Position numbers and translations under genes: made by a program
In this document: positions 25,928 through 35,200 of the stretch, piece after piece
Layout of the letters: the number at the start of each line of letters is the position of its first letter
Numbering within the stretch: the stretch's first letter is position 1
The notes under the pieces: generated by a model
Database searches by the model: none
What the model was told of the DNA's origin: nothing
What the model saw: the letters and a program-made list of their open reading frames with translations, nothing else
Assembly: GCA_000092065.1 (NCBI GenBank)
Contig: CP000594.1
DNA: 64,000 bases
Reading direction: 5' to 3' (one strand)
DNA from: Ostreococcus lucimarinus
Lineage: Eukaryota

Positions 25928-26548
25928 TTACTGTACGCGGGCCATCCAGTTTGCAGGCGGTGACCAGGTTGTCACCGCCGCATGGTGATCTCTCTGGTCT
26001 TTAGGTGGGCAAGGCCCCATAGCCAAAAACTTCAAAGAACTACTATATTCCAGCGTGTCCAGTGCTTCCACATTGCGAAGCTTTTCGTCATCTCTTTTTT
26101 CCACCAACACGCAGAATTCATTTACTTCCACTGCCCAGGCCTGGCCGGTGTTTCTTTCTATTTTGTACATGCCGGCTCTGCATTGGAGGCCCATATTGAA
26201 AAGCTTAGCCTCGTTGACTTGCTAACAAACTTTCTCAAATGCCTCTACCATTTTCGGCGGTGTGCAACCCACCGGGAAGCGTATAGCAGACCAGCATCGG
26301 ATCGTTTCACAAATGGGCCACCCCCCCATGTCCTTCAGTGCGCCGTTCAAGATATCTACAAGCTCGATCGCCACGGGTGAGTTTCTCGACCAATCTGGGT
26401 CACGGGCACGCATGTAGAGAGGCGACGGCGCATGGGTTTTCAGCAGGGGGGCGATGCGCCAGGACGTGAAGTCGTGTTTCCCCTGAACTTGAAGAACTGC
26501 GAGCAGGTCGGGGTGATAGAATGCTGGGGTGCTCAGGCAACAACCCAT
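25928..26548 (-). CDS. Hypothetical protein with an N-terminal MGCCLS motif (consensus for N-myristoylation plus palmitoylation). The reading frame is interrupted by one in-frame TAG at 26222-26224.
   Basis: ATG at 26548. A TATA box (TATATAAAG on the minus strand, 26687-26695) lies ~140 nt upstream. The same frame continues after the TAG into ORF 25928-26194. No family recognised. Confidence 0.35.
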
Positions 26549-26686
26549 GATGCGCTGTGTTTCTTTTCTCGGCCACGCGCGCGTTTTCTTTTGTCCGCCT
26601 CTCTCTCGCGCGCGCGTCGTCGAGTGATGCTGGTGCCGCTCGTGACGGATTTAAGGGCGTGAACACCCGCGTGTAAAAGCAGACAC

Positions 26687-26695
26687 TTTATATAG
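26687..26695 (-). promoter_or_regulatory. TATA box for the MGCCLS gene.
   Basis: TATATAAAG on the minus strand, about 140 nt upstream of the ATG at 26548. Confidence 0.4.
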
Positions 26696-26756
26696 CACTT
26701 TGGGAGGTTAAAAGGTGTCCCAAAGTCTCATACATTGGCCTATACTTTGGCAACAT

Positions 26757-26794
26757 CCCGCGCTTTGATTACTGTACAGTAATCAAAGCGCGGG
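26757..26794. promoter_or_regulatory. Perfect 38-bp palindrome cccgcgctttgattactgt|acagtaatcaaagcgcggg in the ~340-bp divergent promoter between the MGCCLS gene and the 2OG-oxygenase/DOMON gene.
   Basis: Exact reverse-complement symmetry. Its 15-nt core ctttgattactgtac recurs at 25922-25936, followed there by gcggg. Confidence 0.5.
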
Positions 26795-26889
26795 ATACCG
26801 TGGAATGGACTCGGAAAAACCTCTAGAAGTTCGGCGGCGCCATTCCGCGCGCGATCTCAGCGGGCGAGCGTGATCACCAACGTGGACCG

Positions 26890-28959
26890 ATGAGGCACCG
26901 ATCGTACCGTGTATGCAATGGACGCACGCTCGCACTCATCGCGCTCGTCGTGCTTGTCGCACGCACGCAGCGCGTCTTCGCTTCGCCGACCGACGAGCGA
27001 AGATTCTGGACGCCCACTGTCGTCGCCGTGGACGACGGCGTCGGTTCGAAGATCCGACGCATGGGAAACGATGTGGAGAAATCGAAGTCTTTCGTGTTTG
27101 AGAACACGGTAGCGGAATCGCTGACAAGAGATGGCGTCGTCGCGGTGCGAGTGCGAGGCTTGAACGAAGCAAAGACACAGAGCGCAAAACTCTTCATGGA
27201 TTGCGCGCGGGTTACGGATAATGTTGCAGTAGAAGAGTACGACGATGGATCCAGGCGCGTGACGCTCGCCACGACGACGAAGCAGAGGGGGAGTGGTTTC
27301 GGGGAACCCACGTCCAAAGCATGTAAGAAGTTCGAGGTCACGACGAAAATGCTTCGCGCGAAAGTTTCTGTGGCCGAACAAGCAATCACGGACGTGTTTC
27401 AGAGCAAGTTTTCAGATCTGAGTGAATTTGCGAACGGGGTACTGATGCAGGGAGAGAACGGCGAGACCTATAAAACTTTCTCGGAAGTATTGAAAGACTG
27501 CGAGCACCTTGAACATTTTCACGGCTACACGATTTCACCACAACAAAAATTGAAGAATAGTAAAGTGCGGACGATCGAAGAGCACACGGATCAAGGTCTA
27601 CTCATCGCATTCGTCCCGGCCATAATTGTCGATGCAGTGACGGGAAGGCGCGATAAGTTTTCCTCAACCGGCGATTTTTATATGACGCTTCCTGGGCATC
27701 GCAAGGTGCTTCTCCATTTTGACACGCTTCCAGACGATGTCGTTATTTTTATGCTGGGTCAAGCAATCGAGCAACAAATCACTCCCAAACTTGCAAACGG
27801 CCTTGAGCTTCACGCTGTACCACACGCAATGGATATGCCCAATCTTAAATCTAATCAGTTCAGATTTTGGTATGGGCGAATGTTCCTCCCACCTGAGAAT
27901 GCCTTGGACGAAAGCCATGGTCTCTCTTTTGGGACAGTGCGCGCTAACATCATCGAAGATTTCGCACGTGGGCTGAAGACATCCGTGGGATGTGGTCGTG
28001 AGCTCCTCTCCGTGGCAGGGAGCGGTTCATGCGCTAGCAACCAGATATGGTGCTGGATGCGATGCATGAATCACTCAGCGCCGGCGAGCAATCCACTCAC
28101 ATGCAGGACGGGTCATAGTGTCCAATGTTTGAGCCAAAGACTGGAAGTCTGGACGGATGCCGACAGTCATGGTGATTATAATCCTGGATGCACCGACGAG
28201 ACCAACGAGACAAAGCCCGTCACCGATCCACCGACCATCCCAGCTCGAGCAGCCTCTTGTACAGATGGAAACGCCTGGGAAACTTTTTTGAACCACTCCG
28301 AATATGAAAACAGCTTGGAGCTGTTACAAGATAAGTTATATTTACTCTGGACTGTTCAAAATGGTAAGTTAAAAGCCCGAGTTGCCTTCAATGGCAAGAT
28401 TGGTTGGTTTGCTCTCGGCATCAAAAACCTAGGAGGGAAACACAACGGGATGAACGGGGCGAACATCGTCATGGGCGTCCACGACCCTCATCCAATGGGT
28501 CACGACAGCAATTTCGGTTCTCCTTATGTTGGAAAGAGCAGTGCGAAACAATACAAAATCCACGATCATTCTTCTGCTTTTCGACATTGGAATGACACTG
28601 CTGACGTTGCCTCACCCTTCGTGAGTTCGACGACGTTCAATTCATGTTTCAGTTGTATGCGTTTCGAGACGGCCTCGATACGGGGCGAGGCTCTGAATCT
28701 CACCTCTGGTATTAATGAACTCATCTGGGCTGCTCATGATGGCACTTACCTCAAAGGCTACCATGAAGTACAAGGATTCGATCGGAGAGATGCACGCGGG
28801 CATCTCACGCTTGACCTGACGCGAAATTACGGTCGTGTAACGTGCGGCTTCTCAAGAGGCTGGGCTGCGGCGAGTCAAACATGTGCTTTTTCGGCAGCAA
28901 GCACTCCTTCAGCGATAGTTTCTATATCCATTGCTGTCATTGCAATCCTCGTTATGTGA
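26890..28959 (+). CDS. Secreted, membrane-anchored fusion of a 2-oxoglutarate/Fe(II)-dioxygenase-like domain and a DOMON domain. Has a signal peptide and a C-terminal hydrophobic tail (GPI or TM).
   Basis: Signal peptide MRHRSYRVCNGRTLALIALVVLVARTQRVFA. H-x-D...H motif (EEHTDQGLLIAF ... LELHAVPHA) typical of 2OG-Fe(II) oxygenases. C-terminal DOMON-like region (LYLLWTVQNGKLKARVAFNGKIGWFALGIKN...LIWAAHDG). C-terminal tail AIVSISIAVIAILVM. Confidence 0.6.
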   Translation: MRHRSYRVCNGRTLALIALVVLVARTQRVFASPTDERRFWTPTVVAVDDGVGSKIRRMGNDVEKSKSFVFENTVAESLTRDGVVAVRVRGLNEAKTQSAKLFMDCARVTDNVAVEEYDDGSRRVTLATTTKQRGSGFGEPTSKACKKFEVTTKMLRAKVSVAEQAITDVFQSKFSDLSEFANGVLMQGENGETYKTFSEVLKDCEHLEHFHGYTISPQQKLKNSKVRTIEEHTDQGLLIAFVPAIIVDAVTGRRDKFSSTGDFYMTLPGHRKVLLHFDTLPDDVVIFMLGQAIEQQITPKLANGLELHAVPHAMDMPNLKSNQFRFWYGRMFLPPENALDESHGLSFGTVRANIIEDFARGLKTSVGCGRELLSVAGSGSCASNQIWCWMRCMNHSAPASNPLTCRTGHSVQCLSQRLEVWTDADSHGDYNPGCTDETNETKPVTDPPTIPARAASCTDGNAWETFLNHSEYENSLELLQDKLYLLWTVQNGKLKARVAFNGKIGWFALGIKNLGGKHNGMNGANIVMGVHDPHPMGHDSNFGSPYVGKSSAKQYKIHDHSSAFRHWNDTADVASPFVSSTTFNSCFSCMRFETASIRGEALNLTSGINELIWAAHDGTYLKGYHEVQGFDRRDARGHLTLDLTRNYGRVTCGFSRGWAAASQTCAFSAASTPSAIVSISIAVIAILVM

Positions 28960-29210
28960 CGCGGAAGTTTGCATTCTTCACGATCTTTCAATCGACACCC
29001 GAAACAGTCTGAGCACGCACCGACAGTCACGCCGTTGTAGGTCCCGGCGTGATAACAGAACTCTTCGCTTGATGCGAGTGCGTTCGTGCTCGCGTACGCA
29101 CTCGAAACGGTGCAGTCGGCGTGAGAGAAACACACGTCGCCCGGGTCCGCGCGCGCGGTGTGCGCGACGGCGAGAGCGAAAACGAACGGCACGAGGAGGT
29201 TCTGAAACAT
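28875..29210 (-). CDS. Candidate small secreted cysteine-rich protein. Its 3' end overlaps the C-terminal coding sequence of the convergent oxygenase/DOMON gene by 85 nt.
   Basis: ATG at 29210. Signal peptide MFQNLLVPFVFALAVAHTARA, then 8 Cys in ~70 aa. Could be spurious. Confidence 0.25.
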   Translation of the reverse strand: MFQNLLVPFVFALAVAHTARADPGDVCFSHADCTVSSAYASTNALASSEEFCYHAGTYNGVTVGACSDCFGCRLKDREECKLPRHITRIAMTAMDIETIAEGVLAAEKAHV

Positions 29211-29345
29211 TTTTGGTGTGGGTTTAGCTCGCGAAAAAGTTTCAGCGAGGCTTGACGTGCGCCGCAAAGTGAGGTTCGGAGATCCGGAGATCCGCCGGTT
29301 GACGCCCCGCGGGGCGTGTGTGCCAGCCCGTAGGGTTTAGGGGAT

Positions 29346-29437
29346 CGGACATATGGAGCCTCACTATTAAGACACACTGTCATATATATTAATGGATTTA
29401 TGACAGTGTGTCTTAATAGTGAGGCTCCATATGTCCG
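29346..29437. repeat. Hairpin-forming inverted repeat: perfect 39-bp arms (29346-29384 and 29399-29437) around a 14-nt AT loop. Imperfect arm extensions reach ~29300-29466 (shared ccccgcggggcg).
   Basis: cggacatatggagcctcactattaagacacactgtcata and its exact reverse complement. Confidence 0.85.
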
Positions 29438-29703
29438 ACCGCGGGCACACATCCCCGCGGGGCGCCAGCAGGGTCAGGTCGCAATTTTGCGTTTTCCCGC
29501 TCAGCCTTCACTAGAAACGTGTCTAAACCGGCCACTTTTTAAATCTTGTTTTTTGCTAGGTTTTTACTGTCTCCGGGTCTCGGAGGAATCGCGTGGAGTG
29601 ACCGGTTATGGGTTTAGTGGTTGGAGGTCCTGTGAGGAACTTTCTCTCCGTCACTTTTTTTCCATTTTTGAAAAAAAAAACGTCACATGTAAACTTTATA
29701 AAT

Positions 29704-29729
29704 AAACCTATAACCTATAACCTATAACC
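29704..29729 (+). repeat. (AACCTAT)n heptamer microsatellite, about 3.7 copies.
   Basis: aacctataacctataacctataacct. Confidence 0.8.
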
Positions 29730-29862
29730 TTGAAGGTTGAAATTTCTTAAGACCCGGGGTCCGCTGTTAAGGGGGGTCGGAACGCACAGAGAAATCGGGC
29801 TCGTCGTCCTGTGTATCAGCAGTCCTGTAGTAGGAAGTCATTTTTTGCTGTTTTGGGCATCC

Positions 29863-30172
29863 CTTGCGTTCAGAGATTCCATTCTGAAGAAATCTTAAGC
29901 GAGGGCACCAAAAACTCAAGGTCTCAACGGTCGCACGCTTCAGACTAGTTACATCTTCTGTACCTCCAAGCAGCGAAGTGCTCCTGTGTGTCAGGTTTGT
30001 CTCACCAAACACCGAGATCTTCGAGAAGACGAACACGTTCCGCTGAGAGTTTGCACGTGCACCTGTCTTCCTTTGCCTGATTTGTGAGCCATCACCCCAG
30101 ATTTGAATGTGGCGTATCTTATCGCGACACTCTCGCTTAAGATCTCTTCAGAATGGAATCTCTGAACGCAAG
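29863..30172. mobile_element. MITE-like 310-bp element bounded by 41-bp terminal inverted repeats with one mismatch. It is nested inside an imperfect outer inverted-repeat pair (29793-29829 and 30313-30357).
   Basis: TIR-L cttgcgttcagagattccattctgaagaaatcttaagcgag at 29863-29903. TIR-R at 30132-30172 is its reverse complement (a/g mismatch). No internal ORF. The surrounding context is an AT-rich, low-complexity intergenic region. Confidence 0.5.
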
Positions 30173-30996
30173 CCGTGGATGTATTAAACTGTGAACGAGG
30201 CTAGTCATGGTTCGATTTTTTGGATTACAAGTGTAGGTCTACTTTTACGTTTCGTGGACTCCGCTTGAGTCGGCCGATGTCACCACGTCAGGTGTTTCGA
30301 GTGCACTAGAGACGTGACCGCCGATACACAGGACGTCGAGCTCGGCGTGCCTGATTTCACGACTCGGTGACCATGGTTTGAAACCGAAATGACCATCGGC
30401 TTCAGGCCCAGGCGCGGCCGCAATGCTACTTTAAACTTAATATATTTTTTTTGAAAAAAGAGTAGTAAGAGTAATAAAAATAAACTTTTTTTTTGAGTTG
30501 GGGCACCCCAACATGATAAAACCGCACATCGCGGCGAGCCATGCGCGACCATCAATTTGATGTCATGTCTAGTCAGGCTCTCGTGGTAAAAACGTAAGAT
30601 GTGCTTATTACAGCATATGCCAATTGCGCAGTAAATCTCGAAGGACGACATCAAACATATCACAGAGCGCGCGCTTCACACCGTACAACACCATCTAAGG
30701 TACTTTCGACCGACGTTTTAGGCAATTTTGACTCGCCGACTGGTCTTTTCCAGTTGTGACGTCAGATTCGATACGATACTGGGTTACGATGCGTTGAGTT
30801 GGACTGTAGAGGCCTGTACCCTTACATGCACATCTTCCATGGAGCGCTGGAGAAAAGGCATTGTTGCATAATTATTGTCAAAATATAGATATTTTAATTT
30901 GACGCCACCATTATTAACTTTAAAATCAAGCCAGATCGCGACGACACTGAACATTTGAATGTGTATTCACACTTGAGAGACACTGGTTTCGGCAAC

Positions 30997-31980
30997 TCAC
31001 GATCGAGTACCGAAGACAAAATTAGCGCACTTTTTTCTATCATCTGCAGAATGCGAGTTTGGCGCATTTTTTACTGCGTCGCAGTGTTTCTTAGCCGCTT
31101 TGCACTGTTTGGAGCAGACATGCGGACATGCTGCCACCCAGGTTGGGTTGGAACATAGATGGCGCCTGCCTTCCGGCTTGCCGCAGCCCCGCGGAATCGA
31201 TTCACAGGGAGCCATGTTGGGTAGATCAGGCGTTTCCCAGACGGTACCAGAGATACCATCGAAACCTGGGCACGTGTAATCGTCACTCAGAGTACAGCCA
31301 GTCGCCGCCGAGCCTTGACAAGATCTTTTCCAACCACCCAAACGCCTATGGCCCTTTGTACGCTTTTGGCAAGTACCCGTCGACACGTTGTACGCTTGTT
31401 TAGCTTCCTTAGTATCAAACGAGTGACACACGCATGAATCAATCAGTGGCAAAGCGCGGACCTGTACGGCCGGCTCATGCTCGCACGCCCAACACGAGTG
31501 TCCTCCAATACTGATCCCGAACCGCTGGCGCATCTCTGACGCGCAGACTTTCGCGCGTTCCTCCTCGTTGAGCTCCATTCCCGCGCAGGCACAAGCGCAC
31601 TGTGCACGCGACCACTCCACTCCATCTGTCGCACCAACATAACCTCTCATATCATTCTCCAGTTGGGCGTGTTGGTCGTGGCATATTCTCGCACACGCCG
31701 CGAATGTCTTCATAGATTCTGGTAGTCCGTAGTGCACCGCGGCCTGGGACACCGCGTCGTCATCCATGAGTTTCCACCCCGTGACCCCCGAGCTCACTGG
31801 CCGCCGCCGCCGCCCGAGCTCACTTGACGGTGCATCCAAATCACCGCCCGCATCGCCTGGGTCCGTCGCCACCGCCGTGAACGGCGCATCCGCGTCAACG
31901 CCCGCGGCGACGTTCAGCGCCGCGGCCCCCACGAACAGCGCCAACGTCAAAGGTGACACACATTGCCTTCGAAACCCCAT
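30997..31980 (-). CDS. Secreted cysteine-rich hypothetical protein, about 327 aa.
   Basis: ATG at 31980 (MGFRRQCVSPLTLALFVGAAALNVAAGVDA, a signal peptide). About 30 Cys in clustered patterns in the C-terminal half. The listed ORF starts further upstream at a non-ATG codon. Confidence 0.45.
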   Translation of the reverse strand: MGFRRQCVSPLTLALFVGAAALNVAAGVDADAPFTAVATDPGDAGGDLDAPSSELGRRRRPVSSGVTGWKLMDDDAVSQAAVHYGLPESMKTFAACARICHDQHAQLENDMRGYVGATDGVEWSRAQCACACAGMELNEEERAKVCASEMRQRFGISIGGHSCWACEHEPAVQVRALPLIDSCVCHSFDTKEAKQAYNVSTGTCQKRTKGHRRLGGWKRSCQGSAATGCTLSDDYTCPGFDGISGTVWETPDLPNMAPCESIPRGCGKPEGRRHLCSNPTWVAACPHVCSKQCKAAKKHCDAVKNAPNSHSADDRKKCANFVFGTRS

Positions 31981-32270
31981 CCCGCGCGCGCGATCTGCTT
32001 TTTCGTCCACGCGGCGTCCACTCGCGAACGCGCGGATACCGTTCGCTCTCTCAGCGCCCTCCACGTCCGATCGGTTCGGAAGTGACGCGCGCGCGCAGAA
32101 TAGTTTCGCGTCACAACGCAATTATTCATTCCCGTGTTGATTTTATTCTATTCCAGGGGGTATGGGTATAGAGTTTACAGTGCCTTCGTACGAGATATTT
32201 CCCAACACCCTTTAGTACCAAAACCTAATTGCGTATCTTCCCTCACTTTCCGACGTCACGCGCGCACGCG

Positions 32271-35200
32271 ATGACGTCGGCGACGCCGAAACGACGGCGC
32301 GCGCGCAGATTTTTGTATGCGTTCGGAGGACCGACACTCTTATTTAACCTCATGCGCGTGTTTGCCATGTCCGGGCTCGTGGCAACAATTACAATGTCAA
32401 CAGCCGCGGGCGCCGCCCACGGTGGAGGTGCGAGCATGGACGAGGGACCGGCGCAAATGCATTATATGCCTGATCGATTTCGCAGCCTCGCGGGCGGCGG
32501 CTGGCTTACTATCTCATCGAGAGACGTGCACAAGAGCCTGATGCCCATGCCTGGGATGCGCGGTGGCGGGGAAGGCGCGAATGAGTCAGCAGTAAGTGGC
32601 AGCGCGATGAAGGACGAGGTGAAGATCGATCTGGCCCACGGTGACCCAGACGGTGAGCGATCGTGCGATCTCGTGCATTACAAGTCATCCTCGAATGAGT
32701 TGGTGTGTTCACCACGTGCGGTGGATTGCTGTTTGGACGGACTCACGGCGCAGGAGCTCGCCAGCGTAAGCGATGGGTGCCCGTCGGTGAGACCAGAGCT
32801 GAACGTCGAGGTCAACGGTCAGCGATTGACGTGGGGCAGCGCTGGTAGAAATGGAAGGGACACGCTCACGGACGAAAGTCTCAAAGTGAGCCATGGGCAG
32901 ACGCCGACGATCGTGGCGGTCGAGCCGGCTGAGGTTCGTCCCGGTGAGTTGATCACGGTGTACGGACGAACGTGCTTTGGCGATGTTTGGAAGAAAGATG
33001 AAGATGATGGTTCGTCTCTACGTGATGATCCCGACGCACTGCGAGATCTATTCTCGGTTGAAGCGAGCGCAAGAGAGGATCCGCGCCAAGAAATTGGATT
33101 GGAAAAGTCTCTCTACAAGGTGCTCATCGGTGACCTACCGTGCGAGGTTCGAGATCCACTCACAAACAGGTACTACCGATCCGAGCGCGGCGATGGTCCA
33201 TACACAGCCCACCGGCAAACAGAGTGTGGACCCGTTAACGGTTGGTTTCAGTGCCGTGTACCCCAAGACATCGATTCCGGTCTTCATCTACTTCATTACG
33301 AGACGTACACCAGAGGCAATGCTGTGATCCTGTCTGAGGCGCTCAGATGGAATGCATCGGACGCGTCCAAGGGCTACGTGCTGTCAGTGGTTGATGATAA
33401 GTCGGAAGATGAAGATCCACCGCGTGTTTATAACATAACGCAGCTCTCGAAGGATGAGTCCAAACAGCGACTCCTTGTTGAGGGTGCGTCTCTTGATGCG
33501 CCAAATATCGTCGTCGAGCTTGACGGGGAGCGCTGTGGTGGAAAAAAGGTTGTGTCCAGATCTGGCATCGAGGTTGAATGCTCAGGTTCAGCTGGAGCGA
33601 GCTCGCAGTATCACTACGGCCCCCCCGCGTGGCTGCGTGAAGACTGGGTGTTCAAGGACAAGAATAATAAGTTTGTCGGTGGCAAAGCGTGGTCTAACGC
33701 TCTCCACGTTTTGAAGCAGCGTGGAGAAAGGTACAACCCTCTCGCCGACGAAGTCATGGACGCTTTAAGCTCGGCATTGGCAACGAATGGCATTGTCCGC
33801 GGGTACAAGATCGAGAAAGTTCAACAGTATCTCACGAGCCCATCGGTTGGATCACCATATGTTGAGGCAACTAGCGGCATGAAAGCGGCGCACGCCGGAC
33901 TCATCCGTCACCGAAGGATACGGAATGCTGTGTTTGAACGTGTAAGCGGAGTCATCACCGCCAAAGCAAACGGGCGAATGCGCGTGGCGATCGCCAATGC
34001 GGCGGGCAATAACATGGTGCTTCGTGTGCGACATGTTTCCGACAACTTAAATGTATTCAAACCTTGGTTGTTAGTTTCCAAATTTTGCGGCACCAGATAC
34101 AGCAGACAAAACATTTATCGATACGGCTTTTCACAGTGGTTCAGTGTTCGTGGTAACGAAAAATACTATATGGAATTTCTGATGAACTTGGACCCCAGAT
34201 ACTTGCACAATTTCGGGGGATTCGATGTTAAGATGGAATTTTCCTACGACGCGGGTAATCCTGCGGGATCAATTGGGCAACTTACGCACACGACAACGCC
34301 TCACGTGCCCAAACGAGCGCATGGTGGCGATTACGTCGTGCGCTTTAGCGGCGCTTCGAAAACTGCGATCAGATTCGCTCATAATGCAACTTCTTCAAGA
34401 AGCAATTTTGAGTGGAAACTCTTCAGTGGCGGCAAGACCATCGAGTTCAATACGAAGAATTGGTTGCATGCACGCGAACACGTGCGGAAAGTTAGAGACG
34501 CTCTGCGATGGGCTAACTGTACCGCGCTGCCTGAAGACTCAAAGATGTGGGACGCGGACTCGACCCATTCTTCGCACCCATTCGACGTCGAGAATCGATG
34601 GCTCATGGTGCGTGATACGCAGACCTTCAAAGAGCCCACCACAGATTGGAACTTCATATGGCAACGTCGCATGGGCGGATTCAGAGGCGCGTCGATCGAC
34701 TGGAGTACCTCGTACTGTTCGACACACAGTCAAAAATTTGATTTGTCGTCACTACCCCCAGGAAGAGTCATCACTCCTTCTTCTCATTTCGACGTACCTG
34801 CATCTTCTCGTGCGACGACGAATAAGTTTCTGAACTTTGCCTACAAAGTCACTCCGGGTACGCGAGCGACCTTGTTACTTCGTCTAAAGTACCGAAGCGG
34901 TAATCGGGACATATCGACCACGTGCGCGGTTCTCCTCACCCATGAACAAGCGACTGGGAACGTGAAGAACTTCGATCACCCAGCGTGTGTGGACCTTCGA
35001 AGCGTCTTCAAGGATGATGGAGAGTGGCACTTTATTTCATTCGATTGGCGAACTGCGTTGGCCGGTGGTGAGTATGCCCCGAGTTATTTGGGCGAGGCTA
35101 TGTTCCCGCATAAAGTGCAAGTTCAACTCGATGGTATCGGTGTCGGCGCGCAGAGATTCCTCGGCAAGTGTCCGAATAAACAGCGCTTAGCGGAAATGTA

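Noticed and set aside
25922-26794. 15-nt repeats as terminal inverted repeats of a transposon carrying the MGCCLS gene.
   Set aside because: The two copies are in direct, not inverted, orientation. A 15-mer pair is near chance expectation in 64 kb. The right copy is better explained as half of a promoter palindrome. Kept only as a regulatory-motif finding.
29704-29729. (AACCTAT)n as telomeric repeat.
   Set aside because: Does not match the known green-algal/plant telomere unit (TTTAGGG family) and is internal. A simple microsatellite.
30280-30663. ORF 30280-30663 (minus strand) in the AT-rich region.
   Set aside because: Low-complexity (poly-L/F/K) translation of AT-rich repeat DNA with no start context. 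Not a gene.
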